Shown: positions 29,214 to 39,703 of the stretch, in pieces
How the letters are laid out: each line of letters opens with the position of its first letter
How positions within the stretch are numbered: the first letter of the stretch is position 1
Source of the DNA: an uncultured Pelagibacteraceae bacterium
GTDB taxonomy: Bacteria > Pseudomonadota > Alphaproteobacteria > Pelagibacterales > Pelagibacteraceae
Reading direction: 5' to 3'
Assembly: GCA_902517455.1 (NCBI GenBank)
Contig: CABYCN010000003.1
Coordinates: forward strand, 5 to 64,004
DNA length: 64,000 nt
The notes under the pieces: model-generated
Databases searched by the model: none
Seen by the model: only the letters and a program-made list of their open reading frames with translations
Told to the model about the DNA's origin: nothing
Program-made: the position numbers and the translations under genes

Positions 29214-30365
29214 ATGAATTTAAAAGATTGCCATAACTTTAGTGATTTTAGAAAATTAGCTGAAAAAAAATTACCATCTCCAATATTCCATTATATCGAT
29301 GGTGCAGCTGATGATGAAGTAACATATGCTAGAAATACAAGTGCTTTTGATGATGTTGATTTAGTTCCAAATGTTTTAAGAGGAGTAGAAAATGTTGATT
29401 TGTCTACTACAATATTTGGAAAAAAAATAGATTTACCTTTTTACTTATCTCCAACAGCACTTCAAAGGCTTTTTCATTATGATGGTGAGAGAGCAGTTGG
29501 TAAAGCAGCAAAAAAATTTAATACGATGTTTGGTGTTTCAGCTCTGGCAACAGTTAGCGTAGAAGAGATATCATCAATGATTGATACTCCAAAAATGTTT
29601 CAGTTTTATTTTCATAAAGATAGAGGTTTAAACGACTCATGCTTAGAAAGAGCTAAAGCAGCAAATTTTGATGTGATGGCGTTAACGGTTGATACTATTA
29701 CTGGAGGAAATAGAGAGAGAGACTTAAGAACAGGATTTACCTCTCCACCAAAATTAACTTTAGCAAGTTTATATAGTTTTGCTACTAAACCGATGTGGGG
29801 AATTAATTATTTAACAAAAGGTAAGTTTGAATTACCTCATTTACAAGACTTTGTGAAAGAAGGTACTGATGTTAACTCATCAATTGGAAATTATTTTTCA
29901 ACCATGTTAGATCAATCTATGAATTGGAAAGACGCTGAAAATCTTTGCTCTAAATGGGGAGGTCACTTCGCACTCAAAGGAATTATGAGTGTAGAAGATG
30001 CAAAAAGAGCAGTAGACATAGGATGCACGGGTATAATGGTATCAAATCATGGTGGAAGACAGTTAGATGGATCTAGAGCGCCTTTTGATCAACTTGCAGA
30101 AATTGTTGATGCAGTTGGTGATAAATTAGACGTGATATGTGAAGGAGGAATTCATAGAGGAACTCATATGCTTAAAGCATTATCATTAGGTGCCAAAGCT
30201 TGTTCAGGCGGAAGACTATATCTTTATGCTTTAGCAGCTGGAGGTCAACCAGGTGTCGAAAGAGCTATCGAAAAATATAAGTCTGAGTTAGTAAGAGATA
30301 TGAAATTAATGGGGTGTACAAAAATAAGCGATCTAAATCGAGAAAACTTACGATTTAGAAGATAA
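29214..30365 (+). CDS. FMN-dependent alpha-hydroxy acid oxidase/dehydrogenase (LldD-like), copy 1
   Basis: FHYIDGAA, LTVDT, NRERD, LKG, SNHGGRQLD. Confidence 0.93.
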   Translation: MNLKDCHNFSDFRKLAEKKLPSPIFHYIDGAADDEVTYARNTSAFDDVDLVPNVLRGVENVDLSTTIFGKKIDLPFYLSPTALQRLFHYDGERAVGKAAKKFNTMFGVSALATVSVEEISSMIDTPKMFQFYFHKDRGLNDSCLERAKAANFDVMALTVDTITGGNRERDLRTGFTSPPKLTLASLYSFATKPMWGINYLTKGKFELPHLQDFVKEGTDVNSSIGNYFSTMLDQSMNWKDAENLCSKWGGHFALKGIMSVEDAKRAVDIGCTGIMVSNHGGRQLDGSRAPFDQLAEIVDAVGDKLDVICEGGIHRGTHMLKALSLGAKACSGGRLYLYALAAGGQPGVERAIEKYKSELVRDMKLMGCTKISDLNRENLRFRR

Positions 30366-31516
30366 TGAGCTTGAAAAATTGTTACAATTTTGAGGACTTT
30401 AGAAAATTAGCAAAAAAAAAATTACCTTCACCAATTTTTCATTATATAGATGGAGGATCAGATGACGAGTCAACTTTAAGAAGAAACACAGACTCATTTA
30501 ATGAATGTGATTTAATTCCTAATATTCTTGCAAGTGTTGGTAAGCCAGATTTATCAACAACTTTATTTGGTAGAAAAATAGATATGCCTATTTTTCTATC
30601 GCCAGCTGCAATGCAAAGACTTTATCACCCAGAGGGAGATAAAGCTTCAGCAAGAGCAGCAGAAAAATATGGAACATTTTATAGCATGTCCTCAATGGGA
30701 AACAACTCAATCGAGGAAATATCAAATATTTCTAGTGGTCCGAAATTGTTTCAACTTTATGTCCATAAAGATCGATCAATTTCTGATGATTTAATTGAAA
30801 GGTCTAGAAGATCAGGATTTGATGCAATGTGTTTAACCGTAGATACCTTAGTTGCAGGAAATCGAGAGAAAGATCATAGAACAGGATTTACTACTCCGCC
30901 TAAACTAACAGCTCAAAGCCTAATGAGTTTTGCAATGAGACCTGGGTGGGTATTTAATTATTTAACAGGAAAAAAGTTTGAACTTTCAAACGTGAAAAAA
31001 AAGACAGATAAGGGAACAAATATTGCTAAGTCGGTAATTGAATATATAAATGAACAATATGATCCAGCAATGGGATGGAAAGATGCTGAGTATTGTGCAA
31101 AAAAATGGGACGGACCTTTTGCTTTAAAAGGTGTTATGTCTGTGGAAGATGCTAAAAAGGCTATAGATATTGGATGTACCGCAATAATGATATCCAACCA
31201 CGGTGGACGTCAACTAGATGGGTCTCGATCTCCCTTTGATCAGGTTAAGGCCATTTCAGATGCGGTAGGAGATAAATTGGAAATTATTTTAGATGGTGGG
31301 GTTAGACGAGGAACCCACGTATTAAAAGCAATTGCAGCTGGGGCTAAGGCTTGTAGTTTCGGAAAAATGTTTTTGTTCTCTTTGGCCGCAGGGGGGCAAA
31401 AAGGAGTTGAGCATTTACTCCAAAACATGCACGATGAGATAAATAGAAATATGGTTTTGATGGGATGTAAAAATTTAAAAGAGTTGAATAGTTCGAAATT
31501 AATCTATAGAAAATAA
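30365..31516 (+). CDS. FMN-dependent alpha-hydroxy acid oxidase/dehydrogenase (LldD-like), copy 2
   Basis: FHYIDGGS, LTVDT, SNHGGRQLD, DGGVRRG. Confidence 0.93.
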   Translation: MSLKNCYNFEDFRKLAKKKLPSPIFHYIDGGSDDESTLRRNTDSFNECDLIPNILASVGKPDLSTTLFGRKIDMPIFLSPAAMQRLYHPEGDKASARAAEKYGTFYSMSSMGNNSIEEISNISSGPKLFQLYVHKDRSISDDLIERSRRSGFDAMCLTVDTLVAGNREKDHRTGFTTPPKLTAQSLMSFAMRPGWVFNYLTGKKFELSNVKKKTDKGTNIAKSVIEYINEQYDPAMGWKDAEYCAKKWDGPFALKGVMSVEDAKKAIDIGCTAIMISNHGGRQLDGSRSPFDQVKAISDAVGDKLEIILDGGVRRGTHVLKAIAAGAKACSFGKMFLFSLAAGGQKGVEHLLQNMHDEINRNMVLMGCKNLKELNSSKLIYRK

Positions 31517-31532
31517 ATAGAGGGGTAAATAA

Positions 31533-32699
31533 ATGAAATTAGCAAAAAGTTTAGAGAGATTGGGAACAGAGTCTGCATTTACTGTACTTGCAGAAGCAAA
31601 AAAATTGGAAGCTCAAGGAAAACCCATGATCCATTTAGGATTAGGTCAACCAGATTTTAAAACACCTAAACATGTTGTTGAAGCGGCTAAGAAAGCTTTA
31701 GACGATGGACATCACGGATACGTTATGTCAAATGGTATTCCCGAATGCCGTCAAGCTGTAACTAGGTGGATAAAAAAACGTTACAATGTGGATATAGATT
31801 TTGAGAGAATTCTAATTATGCCAGGTGGAAAACCAACAATGCATTATGCCATTCAATGTTTTGGAGAACCAGGAGCAGAAATCATTCATCCTACGCCGGC
31901 TTTTCCAATTTATGAGTCCATGATAAATTATACAGGCTCAACATCAGTTCCATATGATTTGACAGAGGATAAAGATTTAAAATTTGATCCAGATAAAATA
32001 TTATCTTTAATTACAGATAAAACTAGACTATTAATTTTAATCAACCCAAATAATCCAACTGGAAGCTTTGTCGAGAAAAAAGATATTGATGTTTTGGCGG
32101 ATGGTTTGAAAAAACATCCTCACGTAACAATTCTCAGTGATGAAATTTATAGTAGACAAATTTTTGATGGAAAAGAGATGCCGACATTTTTTAATTATCC
32201 AGAGTTAAGAGAAAGATTAATAGTTTTAGAGGGATGGAGTAAAGCTTATTCAATGACTGGATGGAGACTTGGTTGGAGTTTTTGGCCACAATACTTAGTT
32301 GAGCATGTAAATAAACAATTAATAAACAGTGTCTCTTGCGTTAATGCTGCGGCTCAGTTTGCTGGAATTGCTGCTTTAGATGGCCCAGAAGACTCTATTC
32401 ATGAAATGATGGACAAGTTTACGCAAAGAAGAGACCTAATTTACAAAGGTTTAAATGAACTTGAAGGAGTAGAATGTAGTCTACCTGGAGGAGCCTTCTA
32501 TGCATTTCCAAAAGTAATTGGAACTGGGATGAACGGGGCAGAGTTCGCAAGGAAAGCCATGCATGAAGCTGGAGTGGCAATAGTGCCTGGATCTGCCTTT
32601 GGCGAAACTTGCCAAAATTATGTTAGATTTAGTTTCGCTGCTTCTAGAGATAATATTTCTCAAGCATTGGAAAACATAAAGAAAATGTTAACTAAATAA
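31533..32699 (+). CDS. PLP-dependent aminotransferase class I/II
   Basis: GQPDF, NPNNPTG, SDEIY, SKAYSMTGWRLG. Confidence 0.93.
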   Translation: MKLAKSLERLGTESAFTVLAEAKKLEAQGKPMIHLGLGQPDFKTPKHVVEAAKKALDDGHHGYVMSNGIPECRQAVTRWIKKRYNVDIDFERILIMPGGKPTMHYAIQCFGEPGAEIIHPTPAFPIYESMINYTGSTSVPYDLTEDKDLKFDPDKILSLITDKTRLLILINPNNPTGSFVEKKDIDVLADGLKKHPHVTILSDEIYSRQIFDGKEMPTFFNYPELRERLIVLEGWSKAYSMTGWRLGWSFWPQYLVEHVNKQLINSVSCVNAAAQFAGIAALDGPEDSIHEMMDKFTQRRDLIYKGLNELEGVECSLPGGAFYAFPKVIGTGMNGAEFARKAMHEAGVAIVPGSAFGETCQNYVRFSFAASRDNISQALENIKKMLTK

Positions 32700-32739
32700 A
32701 CTGTATTTTTTCCTTAATATTTATTAATATTCTTTCAAT

Positions 32740-34113
32740 ATGAATGAACAAGTACAAGCAGAATTAAAAAAAATATTTGATAGTAGATTTTCAACCTCTG
32801 AGTCAACTAGAGCTAATTATGCTAGAGGCGAGGACACTTATGACCCAGTCCTATCTAAGGCAGTAGTCTTTCCTGAAACGAACGAAGAAGTTTCAAAGAT
32901 ATTAAGCTTATGTAATCAACATAAAATCCCTGTAGTTCCATTTGGTACTGGAACCTCTTTAGAGGGAAATGTTGTTGGAAATGATAAAGGCATTACAATT
33001 TCTCTAGAAAAAATGAATAAAATTTTAGATGTCAATGCTGAGGATTTTGATTGTAGAGTTCAAGCATGTGTAACTAAAGAACAATTAAATGAGTATTTAA
33101 GAGAAGATGGAGTTTTTTTCCCAATCGATCCGGGTGCAAATGCAGCAATTGGTGGTATGGCTTCAACATCAGCCTCAGGCACAATGGCTGTAAAATATGG
33201 TACTATGAAAACCGCAATAACTGGTCTCACAGTTGTACTTCCAGATGGTGAAATTATAAAAACTGGTGGCAGAACAAAAAAAACATCAGCTGGTTATAAT
33301 TTAACAAATCTTTTTATTGGTTCTGAAGGGACTTTAGGAATAATTACAGAAATTCAGTTAAGGTTATCTCCAATACCAGAAAGTATTATGAGCGCTGTAT
33401 GTCATTTTCCATCTTTAGAAATGGCAGTTCAAACAGCGCAACAAGTAATTCAATACGGTGTTCCCATTGCAAGAATTGAGATGCTCAATCAAGAGCAAAT
33501 GGAAATTAGTATAAATTATTCAAAACTAAAAGATATAGAGGCAGTGCCCACACTTTTTTTTGAGTTTCATGGCTCAGAACTTTCAAATAAAGAAAATATA
33601 AAAATTGTTGAGGAAATTTCGAAAGATAATAATGGAAGTTCATTTAAATGGGCTAAGGATTTAGAAGAAAGAAATAAACTTTGGAAAGCAAGATGGGATG
33701 TTTACTATTCTGTAAAAGCTTTAATTAATAATGGAAGAGTTTATTCAACAGACGTATGCCTTCCGATTTCAAGAATTACAGAATGTGTAAATTTTGCTGA
33801 AGAGGAAACAAAAAAACTTGGTCTAAGAGCTCCGATGGTTGGTCATTTAGGAGACGGAAATTTTCATGTAATTTTACCTTATGATCCTAAAGAGGAAGGA
33901 ATTTATAATAAGATAAGAGAGTTTAGTGATTTGTTGATTAATAAAACTTTAGAGCTCAATGGAACTATTACAGGGGAACATGGTGTTGGACTTCATAAAA
34001 AAGCATATTTACTTAAAGAGCATGGTGACAGCATTGCGCTAATGAGAACTATTAAAAGAAGTATCGATCAAAATAATATAATGAATCCTGGCAAAATATT
34101 TGACCTTAATTGA
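32740..34113 (+). CDS. FAD-linked D-2-hydroxy acid oxidase (GlcD/D-lactate dehydrogenase-like)
   Basis: PFGTGTSLEG, PIDPG, GSEGTLG, GHLGDGNFH, GEHGVG, MNPGK. Confidence 0.9.
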   Translation: MNEQVQAELKKIFDSRFSTSESTRANYARGEDTYDPVLSKAVVFPETNEEVSKILSLCNQHKIPVVPFGTGTSLEGNVVGNDKGITISLEKMNKILDVNAEDFDCRVQACVTKEQLNEYLREDGVFFPIDPGANAAIGGMASTSASGTMAVKYGTMKTAITGLTVVLPDGEIIKTGGRTKKTSAGYNLTNLFIGSEGTLGIITEIQLRLSPIPESIMSAVCHFPSLEMAVQTAQQVIQYGVPIARIEMLNQEQMEISINYSKLKDIEAVPTLFFEFHGSELSNKENIKIVEEISKDNNGSSFKWAKDLEERNKLWKARWDVYYSVKALINNGRVYSTDVCLPISRITECVNFAEEETKKLGLRAPMVGHLGDGNFHVILPYDPKEEGIYNKIREFSDLLINKTLELNGTITGEHGVGLHKKAYLLKEHGDSIALMRTIKRSIDQNNIMNPGKIFDLN

Positions 34114-34127
34114 TAGTCTATTAATTT

Positions 34128-35081
34128 ATGAAAAAAATTTTGATAACTCGAAAATTAATTAAGGAAAGTGAGGATAAAGCTTCAAAAACTTTTAAAGCAA
34201 TATTTAATTCTAATGATGAATTATATTCACAATCAAGAGTAATTGAGATGAGCAAGGGTTGTGATGGAATTCTATCATCTTTGACTGAAAAATTAGATAA
34301 AGATACAATTGACAAGTTACCAGATACAATAAAGATCATATCAAATTTTGCAGTTGGTTTTGGTAATATTGATTTAGAAGCAGCAAAAAAAAGAGGCATT
34401 GCTGTTACAAATACGCCAGAGGTATTATCTGATGCCACTGCAGAAATTGGAGTACTTTTAATCCTAGGTGCCTGCAGGAGAGCTGCAGAAGGAATAGAGT
34501 CAGCTAGAGAGGGTGGATGGAAGTGGTCTGCCGATTATTTGATCGGAAAACAATTGACCGGAACAAGATTAGGTATTCTGGGTATGGGAAGAATTGGTCA
34601 AAAAATTGCTAAGATAGCAAAATCATTAGGAATGATTCTTCATTATCACAATCGCTCAAAGTTGAGTGATGATAAGGAACAGGGAGCAATTTATCATGAT
34701 AATATAAAAAGTTTATTCTCTGTATCTGATGTTCTATCTATCTGTTGTCCGGCTACTAAAGAAACTGAAAATATGATAAATAAAGAAACAGTTGAATATT
34801 TTCCAAAAGGAGCAGTAATAACTAATGTTGCTAGAGGAGATATAATTGAGGATGAGGCACTGATCGATGCATTAAATCGAAGGAAAATTTATGCAGTTGG
34901 TTTAGATGTTTATAAAAATGAGCCAAATTTAAATCCAGGTTATCACAAAATTAAATCAGCTTTTATTTTACCTCATCTAGGAAGCGCGACTAAAGACACT
35001 AGAATTGCGATGGCTAATTTAGCTATAGATAATATTGACGAGTTCTTTAAAACTGGAAATTCTAAGAATAAAGTAAACTAA
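34128..35081 (+). CDS. D-2-hydroxyacid dehydrogenase (glyoxylate/hydroxypyruvate reductase-like)
   Basis: VTNTP, GILGMGRIG, NVARG, GLDVY..EP, PHLGSAT. Confidence 0.9.
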   Translation: MKKILITRKLIKESEDKASKTFKAIFNSNDELYSQSRVIEMSKGCDGILSSLTEKLDKDTIDKLPDTIKIISNFAVGFGNIDLEAAKKRGIAVTNTPEVLSDATAEIGVLLILGACRRAAEGIESAREGGWKWSADYLIGKQLTGTRLGILGMGRIGQKIAKIAKSLGMILHYHNRSKLSDDKEQGAIYHDNIKSLFSVSDVLSICCPATKETENMINKETVEYFPKGAVITNVARGDIIEDEALIDALNRRKIYAVGLDVYKNEPNLNPGYHKIKSAFILPHLGSATKDTRIAMANLAIDNIDEFFKTGNSKNKVN

Positions 35082-35198
35082 TTCTACTCTAGATTGTATA
35101 AAATTCAACTTATGCGGCATCTCTGCCTTTTTTTAGAAAGACTCTAATCAAATTCTATGTTTAAATTATTTAGTTAATTAACTAGTAGAGGAGAAATA

Positions 35199-36356
35199 AT
35201 GACAAAAGAAAATAAATCCTTGAAGATTAAAAAATCTTCAAGACGTAAGTTCTTTAAAACCGCTGCTAAAGCTGGAGCTGTTGCTGCAGCTACAGTTGCA
35301 ATGCCTAACATTGCAAGAGCAGATGGCCATGTAACATTAAAGATGCAAGCTGCTTGGCCTTCAGGCGCTAACATCTTTTTTGAAATGGCTGGAGACTACT
35401 GTAACATGGTTAAAGAAATGTCTGGAGGTTCACTTAAGATTGATCTTCAACCAGTTGGAGCTGTTGTAAAAACTTCAGAAATTGGAGCAGCTGTTAGTGA
35501 CGGTAACCTTGATATGGGTCACTGGGTAACAGCATATTGGTACGGTAAAAATCCTGCCGCTTCACTTTTTGGAACTGGTCCGTCATATGGAATGTCATCT
35601 CAAGAAGTAATGGGATGGATGGAGTATGGTGGAGGAAGAAAATTATATGACGAAACTCTTGCTAAAGTAGGTTTTGATTATATTGGTTTTTTCCACATGC
35701 CTATGCCAGCACAGCCTTTTGGTTGGTTCAAAAAGAACGTAACAAAAGTATCTGATGTTAAAGGAATGAAGTATAGAACAGTTGGTCTGGCGACTAACGT
35801 TTTAACTGCTATGGGGATGGTCGTAAGACAATTACCAGGTGGTGAAATTCAACCAGCTATGAAAACTGGTTTGATTGATGCTGCTGAATTTAACAACCCA
35901 ACATCAGACTCTCAGTTTGGAATGCAAGATGTATCTAAACACTATCACTTAGGTAGTTTTCACCAGTCTCAAGAAATGTTTGAGATACCAGTAAATAAGA
36001 AAAGATACAACAGCCTTTCACCTGCTCATCAAGCTATCTTGAAAAATGCTGCTTATGCTGCAAACTCAGATAACTATTTCAAAGCTTTAGTTAGATATTC
36101 AGCTGACTTAGCTAAATTGATGAATGAGCATAAGGTAAATGTTTACCAAACATCTGATGCTATTTTAGCCGAACAGTTAAAAGGTTGGGATAAAATAGTT
36201 GGAGAATTTTCTGGGAAAGATCCTTTCTTTAAGAAAATTATCGCATCTCAGAAAGCATATGCTAAAAGAACAATGAAGTATCTGTTGATGAATCAACCGA
36301 ACTACAAATTAGCTTATGAAAATGAGTTTGGTCCAATCGGAAAAGTTAAAATTTAA
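35199..36356 (+). CDS. TRAP substrate-binding protein (TakP-like) with Tat signal
   Basis: SSRRKFFK twin-arginine leader, YWYGK, FGWF, DAAEF; SD GAGGAG upstream. Confidence 0.9.
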   Translation: MTKENKSLKIKKSSRRKFFKTAAKAGAVAAATVAMPNIARADGHVTLKMQAAWPSGANIFFEMAGDYCNMVKEMSGGSLKIDLQPVGAVVKTSEIGAAVSDGNLDMGHWVTAYWYGKNPAASLFGTGPSYGMSSQEVMGWMEYGGGRKLYDETLAKVGFDYIGFFHMPMPAQPFGWFKKNVTKVSDVKGMKYRTVGLATNVLTAMGMVVRQLPGGEIQPAMKTGLIDAAEFNNPTSDSQFGMQDVSKHYHLGSFHQSQEMFEIPVNKKRYNSLSPAHQAILKNAAYAANSDNYFKALVRYSADLAKLMNEHKVNVYQTSDAILAEQLKGWDKIVGEFSGKDPFFKKIIASQKAYAKRTMKYLLMNQPNYKLAYENEFGPIGKVKI

Positions 36357-36378
36357 TTAATTTTAAAAGATTTAAATT

Positions 36379-36408
36379 AAAGGGGGTTTAAAAACCCCCT
36401 TTTTTTTT
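36379..36408 (+). terminator. Intrinsic terminator after the TRAP SBP gene
   Basis: AGGGGGTT-taaa-AACCCCCT hairpin followed by a T run. Confidence 0.9.
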
Positions 36409-36434
36409 ACCTAATTTTATTATACTTTTAAACT

Positions 36435-37010
36435 ATGATGACTTCTTACATTAAATTTGCAGACACGCTTAGCACGTCTATGGGTAAAGCCTTTGCTTGG
36501 TGTATTGTTATTTTAATGGGAGGAACAGTTTACGAAGTAGTAATGGCTTATGCATTTAATAAGCCAACATTATGGAATTTTGATTTTAGTATGCAGATGT
36601 ATGGGGCTATATTAATGATGTCAGGTGCATACTGTTTAGCAACAGAAGCTCATGTAAGAGGTGATGTAATTTACAGATTGTTTAGTCAAAGAACCCAGGC
36701 ATGGATTGATTTGGTGCTTTACTTTATTTTTTTCTTCCCAGGAGTTATAGCCTTAGCTTTTTATGGTTATGAGTATGCTGCCCAAGCTTGGAAAATAAAA
36801 GAAACTAGTTGGAGTAGTCCTGCTCAAATTCAAATTTATATGGTTAAATCTATGATTCCAGCAGCTGGTATCATGCTAATCATTCAGGGAATAGGAGAAG
36901 TGTTTAGATCGATAATTTGTATACAAACTGGCAACTGGCCTGCAAGAATGGTTGTTGCAGAAGAGACAGAAAAAATTTTAATGAGAACTTCTCAAGAGGA
37001 AAATAAATAA
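36435..37010 (+). CDS. TRAP small permease (DctQ)
   Basis: 4 TM, HVRGD motif, operon position. Confidence 0.9.
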   Translation: MMTSYIKFADTLSTSMGKAFAWCIVILMGGTVYEVVMAYAFNKPTLWNFDFSMQMYGAILMMSGAYCLATEAHVRGDVIYRLFSQRTQAWIDLVLYFIFFFPGVIALAFYGYEYAAQAWKIKETSWSSPAQIQIYMVKSMIPAAGIMLIIQGIGEVFRSIICIQTGNWPARMVVAEETEKILMRTSQEENK

Positions 37011-37011
37011 A

Positions 37012-38373
37012 ATGATGTTTGGTCTTACTAATCCTGAAGTAGCAATTCTAATGATGGGTGTTTTTCTATTTTCTGTTTTGTTAGGATTTCCAATCGCTTT
37101 TACTTTGATGGCAATGGGAATAGGTTTTGGTTATTATGCTTATTATGATCCAGTTTTAATGGATCACATTTTTGATAATAGAATATTTTCACTATTTGTA
37201 AAAAATACTTATACAGTAATGGACAATAATGTACTCACCGCAGTACCACTTTTTTTATTTATGGGATATTTAGTAGAAAGAGCAGGGATTGTAGCAAAAT
37301 TATTTTTTGCAATAAGATTAGCTGCACATAGATTGCCAGCATCGATGGCTGTAGCAGCTCTTATTACATGCACCTTATTTTCTACAGCAACAGGAATTAT
37401 TGGAGCAGTAGTAACTTTGATGGGATTATTAGCTTGGCCAGCGATGGTTAGGGCAGGATATGACAAAAAGTTTGCTTCAGGAATAATTTGTTCAGGAGGC
37501 TGTTTAGGAATTTTAATTCCACCAAGTATTATGTTGATTGTTTATTCTGTAATTGCACAATTGTCTCCATTAAGATTATTTGCTGCAGCAATTTTTCCAG
37601 GATTAATGTTAGCTGGTTTATATATTGCATATGCAGTAACAAGAGCATGGCTTAATCCTTCAATAGCACCGAGACCGGCAGCTGAAGATATCCCACCTAG
37701 AGCAGAAATTTTAAAAGAGGTGTTGGTCTCTTTTGTACCTTTATTTGGTCTGATAATGTTAGTTCTTGGAACAATTTTAGCTGGTATCGCTACACCAGCT
37801 GAAGCAGCAGCAGCAGGAGCTTTTGGTGCTTTAATTTTATCTTGGTTTTATAAAACTCTTAAATGGCAAAATTTTAAGGAGTCTGTTTTTCTTACAGCAA
37901 AAACTACTGCAATGATTATGTGGTTATTTATTGGATCTTGGACTTTTTCCTCAGTATTTTCTTATTTAGGAGGGCATGAAGTATTTGAACATTTCTTTAC
38001 ATCAATAAATATAACTACTTGGCAATTCTTAATTATAACTCAAATTATAATTTTTCTTTTAGGATGGCCTTTAGAATGGACAGAGATTTTAATTATATTT
38101 GTACCAATATTTTTACCATTGTTGGAAATATTTAATGTTAATCCATATTTTTTTGCAATGTTAATTGCCTTAAATTTACAAACTTCATTTTTAACTCCCC
38201 CGATGGCTATGTCAGCTTATTATTTAAAAGGAGTTCAAAAAACTAATGTTGAATTATTAGAAATATTTAAAGGAATCATGCCATTTTTAGGCATAGTTAT
38301 ATTTGGAATGTTTTTGATGTACATGTTCCCTGGAATTGCTTTATGGCTGCCAGATGTATTATTTGCAGACTAA
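37012..38373 (+). CDS. TRAP large permease (DctM)
   Basis: AVPLFLFMG, LGILIPPSI, SFLTPP. Confidence 0.93.
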   Translation: MMFGLTNPEVAILMMGVFLFSVLLGFPIAFTLMAMGIGFGYYAYYDPVLMDHIFDNRIFSLFVKNTYTVMDNNVLTAVPLFLFMGYLVERAGIVAKLFFAIRLAAHRLPASMAVAALITCTLFSTATGIIGAVVTLMGLLAWPAMVRAGYDKKFASGIICSGGCLGILIPPSIMLIVYSVIAQLSPLRLFAAAIFPGLMLAGLYIAYAVTRAWLNPSIAPRPAAEDIPPRAEILKEVLVSFVPLFGLIMLVLGTILAGIATPAEAAAAGAFGALILSWFYKTLKWQNFKESVFLTAKTTAMIMWLFIGSWTFSSVFSYLGGHEVFEHFFTSINITTWQFLIITQIIIFLLGWPLEWTEILIIFVPIFLPLLEIFNVNPYFFAMLIALNLQTSFLTPPMAMSAYYLKGVQKTNVELLEIFKGIMPFLGIVIFGMFLMYMFPGIALWLPDVLFAD

Positions 38374-38376
38374 AAA

Positions 38377-39702
38377 ATGATTGATATATTTTCGTTAAGT
38401 GTGGAGGAAATGGCCTCAAAAATTAAAAAAGGTCATTTAAGCTCTGTGGAAATTTGTGAAAAATATATCGAGAGAATAAGCAAATTTGAAAAAGACATTA
38501 AAGCATGGGCTCACTTTGATAAAAAAGTTTTATTGGAGAAAGCTGCAGACGCAGACGAACAGAGAAAATCAGGAAAACCTGTGGGCTCATTACATGGAGT
38601 CCCGATAGCTTTAAAAGATATAATTGGAACTGTTGATATGCCAACTGAGTGTGGAACACCAATTAGAAAAGGAAAATCTTATTCTCAAAATGCTGAGATA
38701 GTTGAACTTTTACATTCTGCTGGTGCTATTGTAATGGGTAAAACAGCTACCTCGGAATTAGCTTATCTTGGACCACCAAAAACAACAAATCCTCATGATT
38801 ACTCAAGGACCCCAGGAGGTTCCTCTAGCGGTTCAGCTGCATGTGTTGCCTCACTTATGGCACCTCTTTCTATTGGATCACAAACAGGTGGATCAGTTAT
38901 AAGACCTGCTTCTTACTGTGGTGTTGTCGGATATAAACCAACTTATGGTTTAATTTCAAGAAATGGTGTTTTGAGAACTTCATATGTATTAGATCATATG
39001 GGTATATTTGGAAGAACTGTTGAAGATGTAGCATTATTAGCTAGGGTTTTAATTAAAAAAGATCATCATGATCCAGCAACCATTTATTATTCAGCTGAAA
39101 ATATTTTAGAGGAAACAAAAAAAGGTCCAGCATACGAACCTAAGTTTATTTTTTATAAGTCAGATTATTGGAAGATAATTGATAAAAAATCTAGAGAGTG
39201 TTTTGAATATTTTATAAGGTCATTTAAAAATATAGAAGTATTTGATACTCCATCATATTTTAAAGATATTCATAAATATCATCAAATTATTCACGAAACT
39301 GATTTGGCCAATAATTTTGCAACTTATTACAAAAAGTATAAAGCAAAATTGTCAAAATACATGCAAACTGCTATTGCTAATGGCAATAAGTATTCAGCAA
39401 AAGAATACGCTGAGGCAATAGATTTTAAAAAAAGAAGTTATGAGTCTTATCAAGAAGTATTCGAGGATTACCATGGTGTCCTAACTCCTTCTAGTCCTGG
39501 TGTTGCACCCAAAGGTTTGAAAAGTACTGGAACGGCAGAATTTAATAAAGTATGGTCATATCTAGGAACACCTTGTATTTCTCTTCCATTACTTGAAGGT
39601 GAAAATAATTTACCATTAGGAGTTCAGTTAATAGGAGATCGATATGATGATCATAGATTTTTAGGGGTTGCTAATTGGCTAGAAAAGGAATGTAATAATT
39701 AA
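38377..39702 (+). CDS. Amidase-signature family enzyme
   Basis: LHGVPIALKD, TPGGSSSGSAA, GSQTGGSVIRPA. Confidence 0.92.
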   Translation: MIDIFSLSVEEMASKIKKGHLSSVEICEKYIERISKFEKDIKAWAHFDKKVLLEKAADADEQRKSGKPVGSLHGVPIALKDIIGTVDMPTECGTPIRKGKSYSQNAEIVELLHSAGAIVMGKTATSELAYLGPPKTTNPHDYSRTPGGSSSGSAACVASLMAPLSIGSQTGGSVIRPASYCGVVGYKPTYGLISRNGVLRTSYVLDHMGIFGRTVEDVALLARVLIKKDHHDPATIYYSAENILEETKKGPAYEPKFIFYKSDYWKIIDKKSRECFEYFIRSFKNIEVFDTPSYFKDIHKYHQIIHETDLANNFATYYKKYKAKLSKYMQTAIANGNKYSAKEYAEAIDFKKRSYESYQEVFEDYHGVLTPSSPGVAPKGLKSTGTAEFNKVWSYLGTPCISLPLLEGENNLPLGVQLIGDRYDDHRFLGVANWLEKECNN

Positions 39703-39703
39703 A

